Below are positions 24,666-38,609 of a stretch of 64,000 nt of DNA, in pieces. The stretch spans positions 42,222,001 to 42,286,000 of the forward strand of contig OZ024748.1 in NCBI GenBank assembly GCA_964016885.1, given 5' to 3'. The notes under the pieces were generated by a model, which worked only from the letters and a program-made list of their open reading frames with translations, was not told the origin of the DNA and made no database searches. The position numbers and the translations under genes are program-made. Source of the stretch: Eledone cirrhosa (lineage: Eukaryota). Position 1 is the stretch's first letter. Each line of letters starts with the position of its first letter.

Positions 24666-26577
24666 GTTAGTACACAAAAGTTGACACTTTAATATAAGGT
24701 CTATCTTTTATAGATGACTCTTAGCTGTTAGTCCACAAGAAGTTGACACTTTAATATAAGGTCTATCTTTTATAGATGACTCTTGGCTGTGTTAGTCCAC
24801 AAGAAGTTGACAGTTTAATATAAGGTCTATCTTTTATAGATTACTCTTGGCTGTGTTAGTCCACAAGAAGTTGACAGTTTAATATAAGGTCTATCTTTTA
24901 TAGATGACTCTTAGCTGTGTTAATCCACAAGAAGTTGACACTTTAATATAAGGTCTATCTTTTATAGTTGACTCTTAGCTGTGTTAGTCCACAAGGAGTT
25001 GACATTTTAATATAAGGTCTATCTTTTATAGATGACTCTTGGCTGTGTTAGTCCACAAGGAGTTGACACTTTAGTATAAGGTCTCTTTTATAGTTGACAC
25101 TTTAATATAAGGTCTAGCTTTTATAGATGACTCTTAGCTGTGTTAGTCCACAAGAAGTTGACACTTTAATATAAGGTCTATCTTTTATAGATGACTCTTA
25201 GCTGTGTTAGTCCACAAGAAGTTGACACTTTAATATAAGGTCTATCTTTTATAGTTGACTCTTAGCTGTGTTAGTCCACAAGGAGTTGACACTTTAGTAT
25301 AAGGTCTATCTTTTATAGATGACTCTTGGCTGTGTTAGTCCACAAGAAGTTGACAGTTTAATATAAGGTCTATCTTTTATAGATTACTGTTGGCTGTGTT
25401 AGTCCACAAGGAGTTGACACTTTAGTATAAGGTCTCTTTTATAGTTGACACTTTAATATAAGGTCTAGCTTTTATAGATGACTCTTAGCTTTGTTAGTCC
25501 ACAAGAAGTTGACACTTTAATATAAGGTCTATCTTTTATAGATGACACTTTAATATAAGGTCTATCTTTTATAGTTGACTCTTAGCTGTGTTAGTCCACA
25601 AGGAGTTGACACTTTAATATAAGGTCTATCTTTTATAGTTGACTCTTAGCTGTGTTAGTCCACAAGGAGTTGACACTTTAGTATAAGGTCTATCTTTTAT
25701 AGTTGACTCTTAGCTGTGTTAGTCCACAAGGAGTTGACATTTTAGTATAAGGTCTATCTTTTATAGATGACTCTTAGCTGTGTTAGTCCACAAGGAGTTG
25801 ACACTTTAGTATAAGGTCTCTTTTATAGTTGACACTTTAATATAAGGTCTAGCTTTTATAGATGACTCTTAGCTTTGTTAGTCCACAAGAAGTTGACACT
25901 TTAATATAAGGTCTATCTTTTATAGATGACACTTTAATATAAGGTCTATCTTTTATAGTTGACTCTTAGCTGTGTTAGTCCACAAGGAGTTGACACTTTA
26001 ATATAAGGTCTATCTTTTATAGTTGACTCTTAGCTGTGTTAGTCCACAAGGAGTTGACACTTTAGTATAAGGTCTATCTTTTATAGTTGACTCTTAGCTG
26101 TGTTAGTCCACAAGGAGTTGACATTTTAGTATAAGGTCTATCTTTTATAGATGACTCTTGGCTGTGTTAGTCCACAAGGAGTTGACACTTTAGTATAAGG
26201 TCTAGCTTTTATAGATGACTCTTAGCTTTGTTAGTCCACAAGAAGTTGACACTTTAATATAAGGTCTATCTTTTATAGATGACTCTTGGCTGTGTTAGTC
26301 CACAAGAAGTTGACAGTTTAATATAAGGTCTATCTTTTATAGATGACTCTTGGCTGTGTTAGTCCACAAGAAGTTGACAGTTTAATATAAGGTCTATCTT
26401 TTATAGATGACTCTTGGCTGTGTTAGTCCACAAGAAGTTGACAGTTTAATATAAGGTCTATCTTTTATAGATGACTCTTGGCTGTGTTAGTCCACAAGAA
26501 GTTGACAGTTTAATATAAGGTCTATCTTTTATTGTACAGATGACTCTTGGTTGTATGTTAGTCCACAAGAAGTTGAT
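24666..26577 (+). repeat. 64 bp tandem repeat containing the ECD acceptor and exon start, about 30 copies
   Basis: Unit tttaatataaggtctatcttttatag|atgactcttggctgtgttagtccacaagaagttgacag versus exon ATGACTCTTGGTTGTATGTTAGTCCACAAGAAGTTGA. Confidence 0.96.
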
Positions 26578-26708
26578 GCTATGATTTTGAAAGCTGGTGG
26601 TAAAGATCCCTCGAAATGTGAAAAGTCTTTTGATGTAAATCAAGTATCAAACAGTATGAGATCTTTCGTGGAAACAATCTCAGACTATGAAGGAGCAGAA
26701 TTTCCAAA
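26540..26708 (+). CDS. ECD: ECD exon
   Basis: ttgtacag|AT ... AA|gtaagt; DDSWLYVSPQEVDAMIL...MRSFVETISDYEGAEFP. Confidence 0.92.
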
Positions 26709-26879
26709 GTAAGTAATTTTTATCTGCTACTGTATATTGGCTGTGACCTGGAGAAGAGATGGGCTCCAACAGATTAAAAATATGCCCTAGAAACGACATA
26801 TGTCAATACACCACCCCTACGACTCCCTTAGCAGTTACGGGACCATAAATATTGACAGCATTTGTTTTGGTTCTCTACA

Positions 26880-27517
26880 TTTCTGAGTTCAATTCCCACC
26901 AAGGTCAACTTTGTCGTTCATCCTTCTGGAGTCGATAAAATAAAGTATGAGTTGTCCCGCTGTGAGAAAGTCAGATCAGATGACCGTGTCTTGCTCATAC
27001 AGAACTGGTTTTGGCTTGGTTTTTATTGCTGGATGCCTCATGCCAACCACTTTATAGTGTGTACTGGGTACTTTTTACCACGTCACCAGCACAACCACAT
27101 TACAGTGTGGACTGGGTACTTTTTGCCATGTCACCAGCACAACCACATTACAGTGTGGACTGGGTACTTTTTACCATGTCACCAGCACAACCACATTACA
27201 GTGTGGACTGGGTACTTTTTACCATGTCACCAGCACAACCACATTAGTGTGGACTGGGTACTTTTTACCATGTCACCAGCACAACCACATTACAGTGTGG
27301 ACTGGGTACTTTTTACCATGTCACCAGCACAACCACATTACAGTGTGGACTGGGTACTTTTTTCCATGTCACCAGCACAACCACATTAGTGTGGACTGTT
27401 TACTTTTTACCATGTCACCAGCACAACCACATTACAGTGTGGACTGGGTACTTTTTACCATGTCACCAGCACAACCACATAACAGTGTGGAAAGTAGACA
27501 TAAAACGATGATGATGA
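26880..27517. repeat. SINE A fragment plus RTE/SINE tail containing a 48 bp tandem array
   Basis: Unit actgggtactttttaccatgtcaccagcacaaccacattacagtgtgg, about 9 copies at 27055-27490. Confidence 0.85.
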
Positions 27518-27540
27518 GAAATTATTGTCTTATTTTACAG

Positions 27541-27608
27541 AGAATGTTTGGAAGATGATATCAACTTTGATTCCACTGGATTTATTCACGCCATGAATAA
27601 AACATTTG
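27541..27608 (+). CDS. ECD: ECD exon
   Basis: ttttacag|A ... G|gtaagt; ECLEDDINFDSTGFIHAMNKTF. Confidence 0.88.
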
Positions 27609-28159
27609 GTAAGTTTGATTTATTGATTTATTCTGTTTAGGGAAATCACAAATTTGTGTAGGAGTGGAGGGGAAGAGTTGTTTCAATTAACACCAGTACA
27701 TGACTGGTACTGATACTTATTAATCTCGTTAAACTAATTAAACTGTGGCCATGCATTTCCCTTACTGCCTTAACACTTAATGTCCTGTACCACACGAAAC
27801 CACATTAGCTAGACATTCTTGAAAAGTACAAAACAACTCCATGACTGCATCAACATTAAAATTAAAATTCATTTCTGTAATACTGCAAATTTTCACAACC
27901 TGTCCACTAGTAAAGATACTATTAACATTTGAATTAACAAACCTCATTAGCAATACATTCTTGAAAAGTAGAAAACAACACTATGACTGCATCACATTAA
28001 AGATTAAAGTCTTCAGTTTAATACAACAAATTTTCACAACGATCTGTCTACAAGTGAAGATACTATAAATATTTGAATTAATAAACCACATGAAGCCACA
28101 TTAGCAAGACATTCTTGAAATGTATAAAACTGCATTACGACTGCATCTCATTGTAAATT

Positions 28160-28348
28160 GGCGGTGGATTGGCAGTATCGGTAGAGAGTCGGACGCCATG
28201 CATTGACGCATAGTTACGGCCCTTGCCATTCTGAGTTCAAATCCTGCCGAGGTTAACTTTGCCATTCATCCTTACGGGTTCGATAAAATAAAGTACCAGT
28301 AATACACTGGGGTAATTGCTGGCCTTGTGCCTAAAGTAGAAACAATTA
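28160..28348 (+). mobile_element. SINE family A
   Basis: Full-length copy inserted within a degenerate tandem duplication. Confidence 0.8.
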
Positions 28349-28511
28349 TAAATTAAAGTCTTTAAATATTCTAGATGCTCATAATGATCCATCTACTAGT
28401 AAAGATACTATAAATATTTGAATTAACAAACCTGTTTATAAATCATATTTCTGTTAAATTATTAGAGGATGTTGAGAATTAATAAGATTTTCATTTGTGT
28501 TATTTTGGTAG

Positions 28512-28693
28512 AATTTGAAGAAAGCTGTTCTGATAGCAGCTCAGAAATGGATGAATATGATTGGAACTCTTCAGATGAAGACACTTCTAGAACCAGCTCC
28601 AATTCCAGAAGTGAAATAAAAGGTTACATTAAAGCAATGGATCAGGAATTATCAAAGACAACATTAGGCAAAAGTTTTGAATATTCAAATAAA
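28512..28693 (+). CDS. ECD: ECD exon (acidic region)
   Basis: ttggtag|AA ... AAA|gtaagt; EFEESCSDSSSEMDEY...YIKAMDQELSKTTLGKSF. Confidence 0.88.
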
Positions 28694-28857
28694 GTAAGTT
28701 TCCTGTAAAACAATAATCACCATATGTGTGATAGTGTATATGATAGACTGGTGTCTTGTCCAGGGGGAGTATTCTACTCTCAGTCGCTTAACACCATGGA
28801 AACCGGGATAAGCACCGGCCTGATGAGCTTTCAGTCTTCAGACAAACTTTAGAGATA

Positions 28858-30455
28858 TGATACTAGCTAGTCAAGCTTGTACTGTATGGTAGTAAGCTAT
28901 GGGTACTAGCTAGTCAAGCTTGTACTGTATGGTAGTAAGCTATGGGTACTAGCTAGTCAAGCTTGTACTGTATGGTAGTAAGCTATGGGTACTAGCTAGT
29001 CAAGCTTGTACTGTATGGTAGTAAGCTATTGATACTAGCTAGTCAAGCTTGTACTGTATGGTAGTAAGCTATGGGTACTAGCTAGTCAAGCTTGTACTGT
29101 ATGGTAGTAAGCTATGGGTACTAGCTAGTCAAGCTTGTACTGTATGGTAGTAAGCTATGGGTACTAGCTAGTCAAGCTTGTACTGTATGGTAGTAAGCTA
29201 TGGGTACTAGCTAGTCAAGCTTGTACTGTATGGTAGTAAGCTATGGGTACTAGCTAGTCAAGCTTGTACTGTATGGTAGTAAGCTATGGGTACTAGCTAG
29301 TCAAGCTTGTACTGTATGGTAGTAAGCTATGGGTAATAGCTAGTCAAGCTTGTACTGTATGGTAGTAAGCTATGGGTACTAGCTAGTCAAGCTTGTACTG
29401 TATGGTAGTAAGCTATGGGTACTAGCTAGTCAAGCTTGTACTGTATGATAGTAAGCTATGGGTACCTGCTAGTCAAGCTTGTACTGTATGGTAGTAAGCT
29501 ATTGATACTAGCTCGTCAAGCTTGTACTGTATGGTAGTAAGCTATTGACATTAGCTAGTCAAGCTTGTACTGTATGGTAGTAAGCTATTGATATTAGCTA
29601 GTCAAGCTTGTACTGTATGGTAGTAAGCTATTGATATTAGCTAGTCAAGCTTGTACTGTATGGTAGTAAGCTATGGGTACTAGCTAGTCAAGCTTGTACT
29701 GTATGGTAGTAAGCTATGGGTACTAGCTAGTCAAGCTTGTACTGTATGGTAGTAAGCTATTGATACTAGCTAGTCAAGCTTGTACTGTATGGTAGTAAGC
29801 TATGGGTACTAGCTAGTCAAGCTTGTACTGTATGGTAGTAAGCTATGGGTACTAGCTAGTCAAGCTTGTACTGTATGGTAGTAAGCTATGGGTACTAGCT
29901 AGTCAAGCTTGTACTGTATGGTAGTAAGCTATGGGTACCTGCTAGTCAAGCTTGTACTGTATGGTAGTAAGCTATTGATACTAGCTCGTCAAGCTTGTAC
30001 TGTATGGTAGTAAGCTATTGACATTAGCTAGTCAAGCTTGTACTGTATGGTAGTAAGCTATTGATATTAGCTAGTCAAGCTTGTACTGTATGGTAGTAAG
30101 CTATTGATATTAGCTAGTCAAGCTTGTACTGTATGGTAGTAAGCTATGGGTACTAGCTAGTCAAGCTTGTACTGTATGGTAGTAAGCTATGGGTACTAGC
30201 TAGTCAAGCTTGTACTGTATGGTAGTAAGCTATTGATACTAGCTAGTCAAGCTTGTACTGTTTGGTAGTAAGCTATTGATACCAGCTAATCAAGCTTGTA
30301 CTGTTTGGTAGTAAGCTATTGATACCAGCTAATCAAGCTTGTACTGTTTGGTAGTAAGCTATTGATACCAGCTAATCAAGCTTGTACTGTATGGTAGTAA
30401 GCTATGGGTACTAGCTCGTCAAGCTTGTACTGTAGGGTAGTGAGCTATTGATACA
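28858..30455. repeat. 43 bp tandem repeat, about 37 copies
   Basis: Unit tactagctagtcaagcttgtactgtatggtagtaagctatggg. Confidence 0.97.
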
Positions 30456-30674
30456 AATTGTGAGTAATAGTCTGTTTGATTCTACCAACTGATAGCTGTT
30501 AGAAAGGTTTGGTCCTTCTGTCAACATTTATACACAGTTAACCTGTATTGTACGAAACTGCTTGAAACCCACTGCTATTATAATAAATAGCTGTTTGTTT
30601 TGATCTAAGAATCTTCTAGAATTATGTAGATATTTTTGGATGAAATTCTAACGAAACACTGATATATTTTACAG

Positions 30675-31022
30675 AGAAGCAAACCACCACGGCCACCTCC
30701 TCCTCAAAAGTTTTCGCAGACTTCACCAAAGAAAAGCATCGCCCCAGAACGATCTCCACCACCATCAAAGGTAGAAGAAGTCCCTCCAGTACAGTCTGTG
30801 CCTCTTAATGGGTCCAACCAATCACCTGATGACATAGATGATGAAGATGAAGGATTTAGGCCTGTTAATATAGATGTCAATGTTGTGAAGAACCTTCTAG
30901 CTTCCCACAATATTAACCCAGGTCAGCCTGGACCAGCTACTAATATATTGTCTTCAATGGGGGTAGATCTTCACCAAGGCAAAAAGAAAGAGATGTGTAT
31001 GAATCGAGCTGGAAGCAAGTAA
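30675..31022 (+). CDS. ECD: ECD terminal coding exon
   Basis: tttacag|AGA; Pro-rich linker then FRPVNIDVNVVKNLLASHNINPGQPGPATNILSSMG; TAA at 31020-31022 followed by AATAAA. Confidence 0.9.
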   Translation, partial: RSKPPRPPPPQKFSQTSPKKSIAPERSPPPSKVEEVPPVQSVPLNGSNQSPDDIDDEDEGFRPVNIDVNVVKNLLASHNINPGQPGPATNILSSMGVDLHQGKKKEMCMNRAGSK

Positions 31023-31092
31023 AATTAATAAAAATATGTGCCCCTATATATATATATATATACATATACATATAAATATATATGTATATAAA

Positions 31093-31136
<44 letters not shown>

Positions 31137-31173
31137 TGTGTCTGTGTGTATATAAATATATATGAATAGGTAT

Positions 31174-31206
<33 letters not shown>

Positions 31207-31779
31207 CATATATACATATACAAATTAGCCGAAACCAACAAGCTTGTGGTCAATCCTCTACTTCAACTAATAATATATACACACACGCACACGCACACGC
31301 ATGCACGTCTAACTGAACAACCACCACCCACCCTACGGCCACCCCACCCTACCACCACCACCCACTGAATGACCACCACTCACCCTACAACCACCACTTA
31401 CCCTACAATCGCCCCCACCCACCCTACCACCACCACCACCACCCACAACCCTCCCCACCCTATGACCACCACTAATATTAGACATGTCTGATCTAGAATC
31501 TCCCCAGTTCTAGATATTGCTGTATATTTACTGCTCCACATTACTTCCATATCCTCATCTTTCTTTTTTTGTTTCTTTGTTTTCTTTTTCTTTTCACATT
31601 ATTTACATTCTACAATAATAATTGTTTCTACTTTTGGCACAAGGCCAGCAATTACCCCAGTGCATTACTGGTACTTTATTTTATCGACCCCGCAATACCA
31701 AATATATAAACATTCTGCATTTATAATTTTCTAACTTTTCAAAGTTGTATGATTTTTTTTGTTGCCCACATTTTGTATG

Positions 31780-32375
31780 GACTTAAGTAAAAGTGAGACA
31801 TCTGCCCGCTAACTTAAGTAAAAGTGAGACACCTACCCTCTAACTTAAGTGAGACACCTACCCCCTAACTTAAGTGAGACACCTACCCCCTAACTTAAGT
31901 GAGACATCTGTCCCCTAACTTAAGTGAGACATCTGTCCCCTAACTTAAGTGAGACATCTGTCCCCTAACTTAAGTGAGACATATACCTCCTAACTTAAGT
32001 GAGGCATCTACCCCCTAACTTAAGTAAATGTGAGACACCTGCCCCCTAACTTAAGTAAAAGTAAGACATTTACCCCCTAACTTAAGTGAGACACCTGCCC
32101 CCTAACTTAAGTAAAAGTGAGACATCTGCCCCCTATCTTAAGTGAGACACCTGTCCCCTAACTTAAATGAGACATTTACCCCCCCTAACTTAAGTAAAAG
32201 TGAGACACCTGCCCCCTAATTTAAGTGAGACATTTACCCCCTAATTTAAGTGAGACATTTACCCCCTAATTTAAGTGAGACATCTACCCCCTAATTTAAG
32301 TGAGACATCTGCCCCCTAACTTAAGTGAGACATCTGCCCCCTAACTTAAGTAAAAGTGAGACATCTACCCCCTAT
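31780..32375. repeat. 25/31 bp minisatellite
   Basis: Unit ctaacttaagt(aaaagt)gagacatctgcccc. Confidence 0.93.
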
Positions 32376-32464
32376 TGGGTATTTTGGGCATCAATTTGTT
32401 TTAATACTAACCCACCTATAACAAAGTGTTCCTATTTGAATTATAATCTGCTTGTAAAATGGTA

Positions 32465-33205
32465 TAATAAAATTATAGTTAGTTAATACTAACATATATT
32501 AAATTACTGATATTAAAACTATAGTTAGTTAACACTAACATAATATATACCAATATATTAAATTACTATAATACTATAGTTAGTTAATACTAACATAATA
32601 TATACCAATAAATATATTGTAAATTACTTATATCAAAACTATAGTTAGTTAACTAACATAATATATACCAATATATTATAAATTACTATAAAAATATAGT
32701 TAGTTAACACTAACATAATATATACCAATATATTAAATTACTATAATACTATAGTTAGTTAACTAACATAATATATATACCAATATATTGTAAATTACTA
32801 TAATACTATAGTTAGTTAACACTAACATGTAGGTAACACGGTAAAAACCTCCCAGTCCACACTGTAAACATGATTGGTGTTAGGAAGGGCATCCAGCCGT
32901 AGAAAATCTGCCAGACAGTTCCATACGAGCGAGACGACCAATCTTGCCTCAAGTGGGACAATTCCCGTCTAAACCCATGCTAGCGTGGAAGATAGACGTT
33001 AAACGATGATGATGAGGATACCAATATATTATAAATTACTTATATCAAAACTATAGTTAGTTAACTAACATAATATATTGTAAATTACTATAATACTATA
33101 GTTAGTTAACACTAACATAATATATACCAATATATTAAATTACTATAATACTATAGTTAGTTAATACTAACATAATATATATACCAATATATTAAATTAC
33201 TGATA
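32465..33205. repeat. AT-rich ~57-60 bp minisatellite interrupted by an RTE 3' tail (32828-33017)
   Basis: Units of ctatagttagttaa..ctaacataatatataccaat on both sides of the insert. Confidence 0.85.
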
Positions 33206-34824
33206 TTTTACTGATTTCCCACCAAACCCTTGAAATATCAATTATTCCTGGAATTTCATTGGTACCTAAAACCTTTAATGAAAGCATGGTAAACACTACC
33301 AAGTCACACTCAATTGTGAGTGATGGTTGTAGAGGTTTTTTTAGATTGGGCTCTTAAATGTTGTGTGTCTCTAGATGTAGTACTGGGGATTGTATACAGA
33401 CCACGAATGGTTGACATCCTGTAGGGACAGACCATCTGAGACTTTCTCAGAACATGGTTATTCCTTATTAGAAAAATGAAGAAAAGTTCCAAAGATTTTA
33501 ATTCCATTTACAAGAGATTCTAAAATAAATGATGTTAAAGTTAGAATATTTTATATTTCTACAAAAAAACCATCAGAAGCATTTCTTTCCTAAAACTCAT
33601 TTCATCATTTTACCATTTTTTATTATTTTTCTTACATAAAATTATTAATTATTTATATTCATCCTTCTTCATTGGTTTCAAACCTTTGAACTATTTACCA
33701 TTCCATTATTTTAATTTTGATTAAAATTTTAATAAAATTCTGGTCAAATTTACTTAACGAACAAATTCCACCAAATTACAGATTTTTAATTTAATTATTT
33801 AATTTTAATTAATTCTTACTTGGAAAGTAATTAATTCATTAGTGCAAACAACCCAATAAACTTGTTAAATACTAGTTTTATAGACTTTATAGTGGATGTT
33901 ACTGTGAATTAATTGAAGGATCTTTGAACAAGATGGTTAATTGGCAGAGTCAGTAGCATATTGGATTCAATGCCACAGTATTTGTTCCATTTCTATATGT
34001 TTTGAGTTCAAATCCTGCTCTGGTCAACTTTGCCTTCCATAATGCCATCCCATATATGGAAGATTGGCAGAATTGGTCATGAGACAGACAAGATATTTTT
34101 GTGGTATAAGATATATCCTTGTGTATTCTGAGTTCAAATTCTGGAAGATGGTGGTACTTCTGTCAGTAGTTACAACTGACAGACAGTATTAGCTATGGGG
34201 AGATAGATGGAAAGTTTTCTTGGTCCAATCCGATCTGACGATCAGCTCTTTTTTTTATTTTTTAAATGAAACTAATAGGAGATAAATTCAAAATTTCCTG
34301 TTTTCATGTAAAATTTTTTTATCAATTTTACTATTCTAACATTTGTGCAAATGTATATATGTTTATATATATATGTTTATATATATATATTTTATATATA
34401 TATATTGTATATATGTTTATATATATTTTCCTTTACACTATATCGGGTTATTTCAAAGACAAAAATAACTCCTCCTCCTCCCCCTCCTCCTCTTTATTAC
34501 AGTAACTATCTTTACAAGCTTCACCTTCACTTGGTACATTATAAAGACTTTTGTGATTATATATATATTAAAAAAAGGAATTTATTTATTTTCTACACTA
34601 GAAAGAAGTCTTGGAAGACTTTAGTAAAAGTGCTTGTTGCCAAATTAATTGCTATGCTATATTAATCAGCTTCTTATTGATCTTTTATTGATTTTTCACT
34701 TGAAAATCAATACTGTGTGATAATATTTACCAACACTACCAACACCTGTTTTCTTTTAAGAAAAGTTTCCTCTAAGTTTGCTTGATGTTTTCTTGAGGGT
34801 TTTGTTGACATTTTTTAATTGTGT

Positions 34825-35598
34825 GTAAGAGGAAGCATGGACAGTCTAGGAACTTCCTGGATCGTAAGAGGAAGCATGGACAGTGACAGACAATCTAGGA
34901 ACTTCCTGGATCGTAAGAGGAAGCATGGACAGTGACAGACAATCTAGGAATTTTCTGGATCGTAAGAAGCATGGACAGTGACGGACAATCTAGGAGTTTC
35001 CTGGATCGTAAGAGGAAGCATGGACAGTGACGGACAATCTAGGAATTTTCCGGATCGTAAGAGGAAGCATGGACAGTGACGGACAATCTAGGAGTTTTCC
35101 GGATCGTAAGAGGAAGCATGGACAGTGACGGACAATCTAGGAGTTTCCTGGATCGTAAGAGGAAGCATGGACAGTGACGGACAATCTAGGAATTTTCTGG
35201 ATCATAAGAGGGAGCATGGACAGTAACGGACAATCTAGGAATTTTCTGGATCATAAGAGGGAGCATGGACAGTAACGGACAATCTAGGAATTTTCTGGAT
35301 CATAAGAGGGAGCATGGACAGTAACGGACAATCTAGGAATTTTCTGGATCATAAGAGGGAGCATGGACAGTAATGGACAATCTAGGAGTTTCCTGGATCG
35401 TAAGAGGAAGCATGGACAGTGACGGACAATCTAGGAATTTTCTGGATCATAAGAGGGAGCATGGACAGTAACGGACAATCTAGGAGTTTCCTGGATCGTA
35501 AGAGGAAGCATGGACAGTGACGGACAATCTTGTAGTTTCCTGGATCGTAAGAGGAAGCATGGACAGTGACGGACAATCTAGGAGTTTCCTGGATCATA
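34825..35598. repeat. 49 bp tandem repeat, about 16 copies
   Basis: Unit gtaagaggaagcatggacagtgacggacaatctaggagtttcctggatc. Confidence 0.96.
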
Positions 35599-36436
35599 AT
35601 TTTAGTCCCTGATTGAAGGGTAGTATGAATTTAAAGCTGACTCTCTCGTGTAGTTACTTGGAATATATATAGGGCTGACAAGGCTGAAGCCTAGGAGCCC
35701 GTTAAATTTCTTTTTCTTGTTTCAGTGGGGTGAAAGATGTTAGTGCCAAAAAGGAGCCTAAAATACTTGATACCTAGGGCCCCAGTCAAGGGTTACTAAA
35801 TGCCTAGGGACTCAGTCATACAGCCATGAGTATATACCAATGCCAGGAGTGTTCTATTTACTAAGGCAGCTGCAAATGAAGTTTGATAACCTTTCAAAGG
35901 GACAGTGTCATATTGTGATAGGATCTTTTTATAAAAGAATTATTTAGAATAACAGTCTTTCCATAAGGTTTGATTGAGGGTTACATTTTAAATTGCCCTC
36001 CATCTTTTAAAATAGCCTTTATTACATAATCCTCCCTTTTTTTTCAAAGACCTGCTTTTCAGGAAACTGTCAGTTAGGTGCTGTTGTAGACAAGTAGAAA
36101 TTAAAATATGAAAGATGTTTGTTTTCTCTTTGGTGCCTGCCGTATATTTTTGTATCTGAATTTCTATTGTTAAATTGTAAAATATAACAAAATTAAACAC
36201 CTTTTCTTTCAAACAATATTTGAGATTTTTTAATTTATTTATTATTATTATTATTATTTTTTTTTTTTTTTGCTGTTAAAAATCATAAATATGTCCTCTG
36301 TATGGCCTCTTTCTTTTGCAGCTCAATTTTTATATTTTGGTTTGTAGTTTTAGAGTTTTTGTAAAAAAAAAATAAAGAAATAAAATATATAAATAAAAAT
36401 GAATTGTGAGATTTTATAAAATATTCTTTCAGGGTT

Positions 36437-36695
36437 GTTACATGTTTGGTAAAATGACTTGATCTGAGACTTTGTACATGTCTGACAGGTGACTTGATCT
36501 GAGACTGTGTTGTACATGTCTAGTAAGTGACTTGATCTGACACTGTGTTGTACATGTCTGACAGGTGACTTGATCAAAGACTGTTGTACATGTATTGCAG
36601 ATGACTTGATCTGAGACTGTGTTGTAAATGTCTGGCAGGTGACTTGATCTGAGACTGTTGTACATGTCTGGCAAGTGACTTCATCTCAGACTGTG
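36437..36695. repeat. ~38 bp tandem repeat
   Basis: Unit gtgacttgatctgagactgtgttgtacatgtctgacag. Confidence 0.9.
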
Positions 36696-38422
36696 AGTTG
36701 AAACTAAAACAGTTGCTGTGCAGAAGTGTAGTTTTAGTCATTTAAAACATCACACAAAAACTTACTTTATATTTATCATTTATTTCTTAGTTATCAAGAA
36801 TTAAAATTTCCTGTTTTTAAATGACTAAAACGACTAGGACATCTATTTCAATGAGTAAAACAATTCTTTAAATGGCTAAAACAACTCTACATTATTAAAA
36901 TGACTCTTTAAACAGCAAAAACAGCTCTTTAAATGGTTAAAACAACTCTTTAAATGAACAAAACGAGTAAAAGGACTTTTTAAATGAATAATACAACTAT
37001 TTAAATGAGTAAAACCACACTAAATGACTAAAACAACACTTTAAATGGCTAAAACAATTGTAGTAATTGTTGAATATTCTTTATATTTTAGAAACTTCAC
37101 TCAATTTAGAGTTAGTGTACAGGATTTCAATATTAACACTTTCTATTCTCTCTCTCTCTAATTTAAAAGTATTAATTCTATACTTTATATCTATTTCACA
37201 GTTGCTTATTTTATATAGTACAATATATTACCTCCGATATATCATATACAAACTATTATACACTAGTATAATATAGTATATAGTACAATATATTACCTTG
37301 TAGCTATATAATATATACTAACTATTATATAGTATATAGTACAATATATTACCTCGTACTATATATTATATACTAATTACTATTATACACTAGTATAATA
37401 TATTAGCTCAAACAATATATCATATACCAACATGACCACCTTACAGTGTTGACTGGGTGCTTTTTATCATGTCACCAACACAACCACTTTACAGTGTTGT
37501 CTGTTCGATTGAGGAGGTAGATCTAGGGACATGGGTGAAGGGTGGGGTATTAGGGCATGGGGGGAAATATAAATATATTTTAGTATCTAAATACTTTAAC
37601 AAAACAAAAAAATATTTCGACTTTTATTTATATTTTTTTAATTAATAAACAATATTTTTTATTTTAGATTTCTTTATTTTATCTGTTATTCTCCGTTTAT
37701 GACACACACACACATCATCATCATCATCATCGTTTAACGTCCATATTCCATGCTTGCATGGGTTTTGGACATATATATATATAATACACACGCATATATA
37801 TAATACACACACGCACATATATAATACACACACGCACACACACATCATCATCATCATTTTACGTCCGCAGTTCCCTGCTTGCAAGGGTGGGACGGGTCTT
37901 ATTCAGCACAGTATCTCTCCACTTGTCACGGTCCAACAACATATATATAATACACACACACATATATAATACACACACACATATATATAATACACACACG
38001 CACATATATAAAACATACACACACACACATATATATAATACACACACGCACATATATAAAATACACATACATACACACACATATATAATACATACACACA
38101 CACACATATATATAATACATACACATATATAAAGGACATTATTTCACATTCTGTAAAAGGAGAAAACAACAACAAAAACACATAATAAATCAGGTATGTC
38201 CTGTCTGTCATCATCATCATCATTACTACCACCACCACCATCATCATTACTACCACCATCAGCAGTAGCTGTAACATCCCCTTCATCAGCAGCAGCAGTA
38301 CTAACATCATCATCATCATCATAGTCAACATAATATAACATGGTTTCTTTGCTTAAACAGTTAAATTTGTTTTAAAGCAACAAGGAGAAGCAGATTGTCT
38401 TCTTTTCATTCTTCGTTATCAT

Positions 38423-38608
38423 TAATTGTTTCTACTTTAGGCACAAGGCCAGCAATTACCCAGTGCATTACTGGTACTTTATTTTATCGACCCCGTAAGG
38501 ATGAAAGGCAAAGTCAACCTCGGCGGGATTTGAACTCAGATCGTAAAGGGACGTAACTATGCTGGAAAGCATGGCGTCCGACCCTCTACCGATTCTGCCA
38601 ATCTACTA
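38423..38608 (-). mobile_element. SINE family A
   Basis: Reverse complement of the family sequence. Confidence 0.8.
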
Positions 38609-38609
38609 C

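Noticed and set aside
28740-28845. gaaac...ctgatgag as a hammerhead ribozyme
   Set aside because: No convincing stems, and the segment resembles a SINE 3' region
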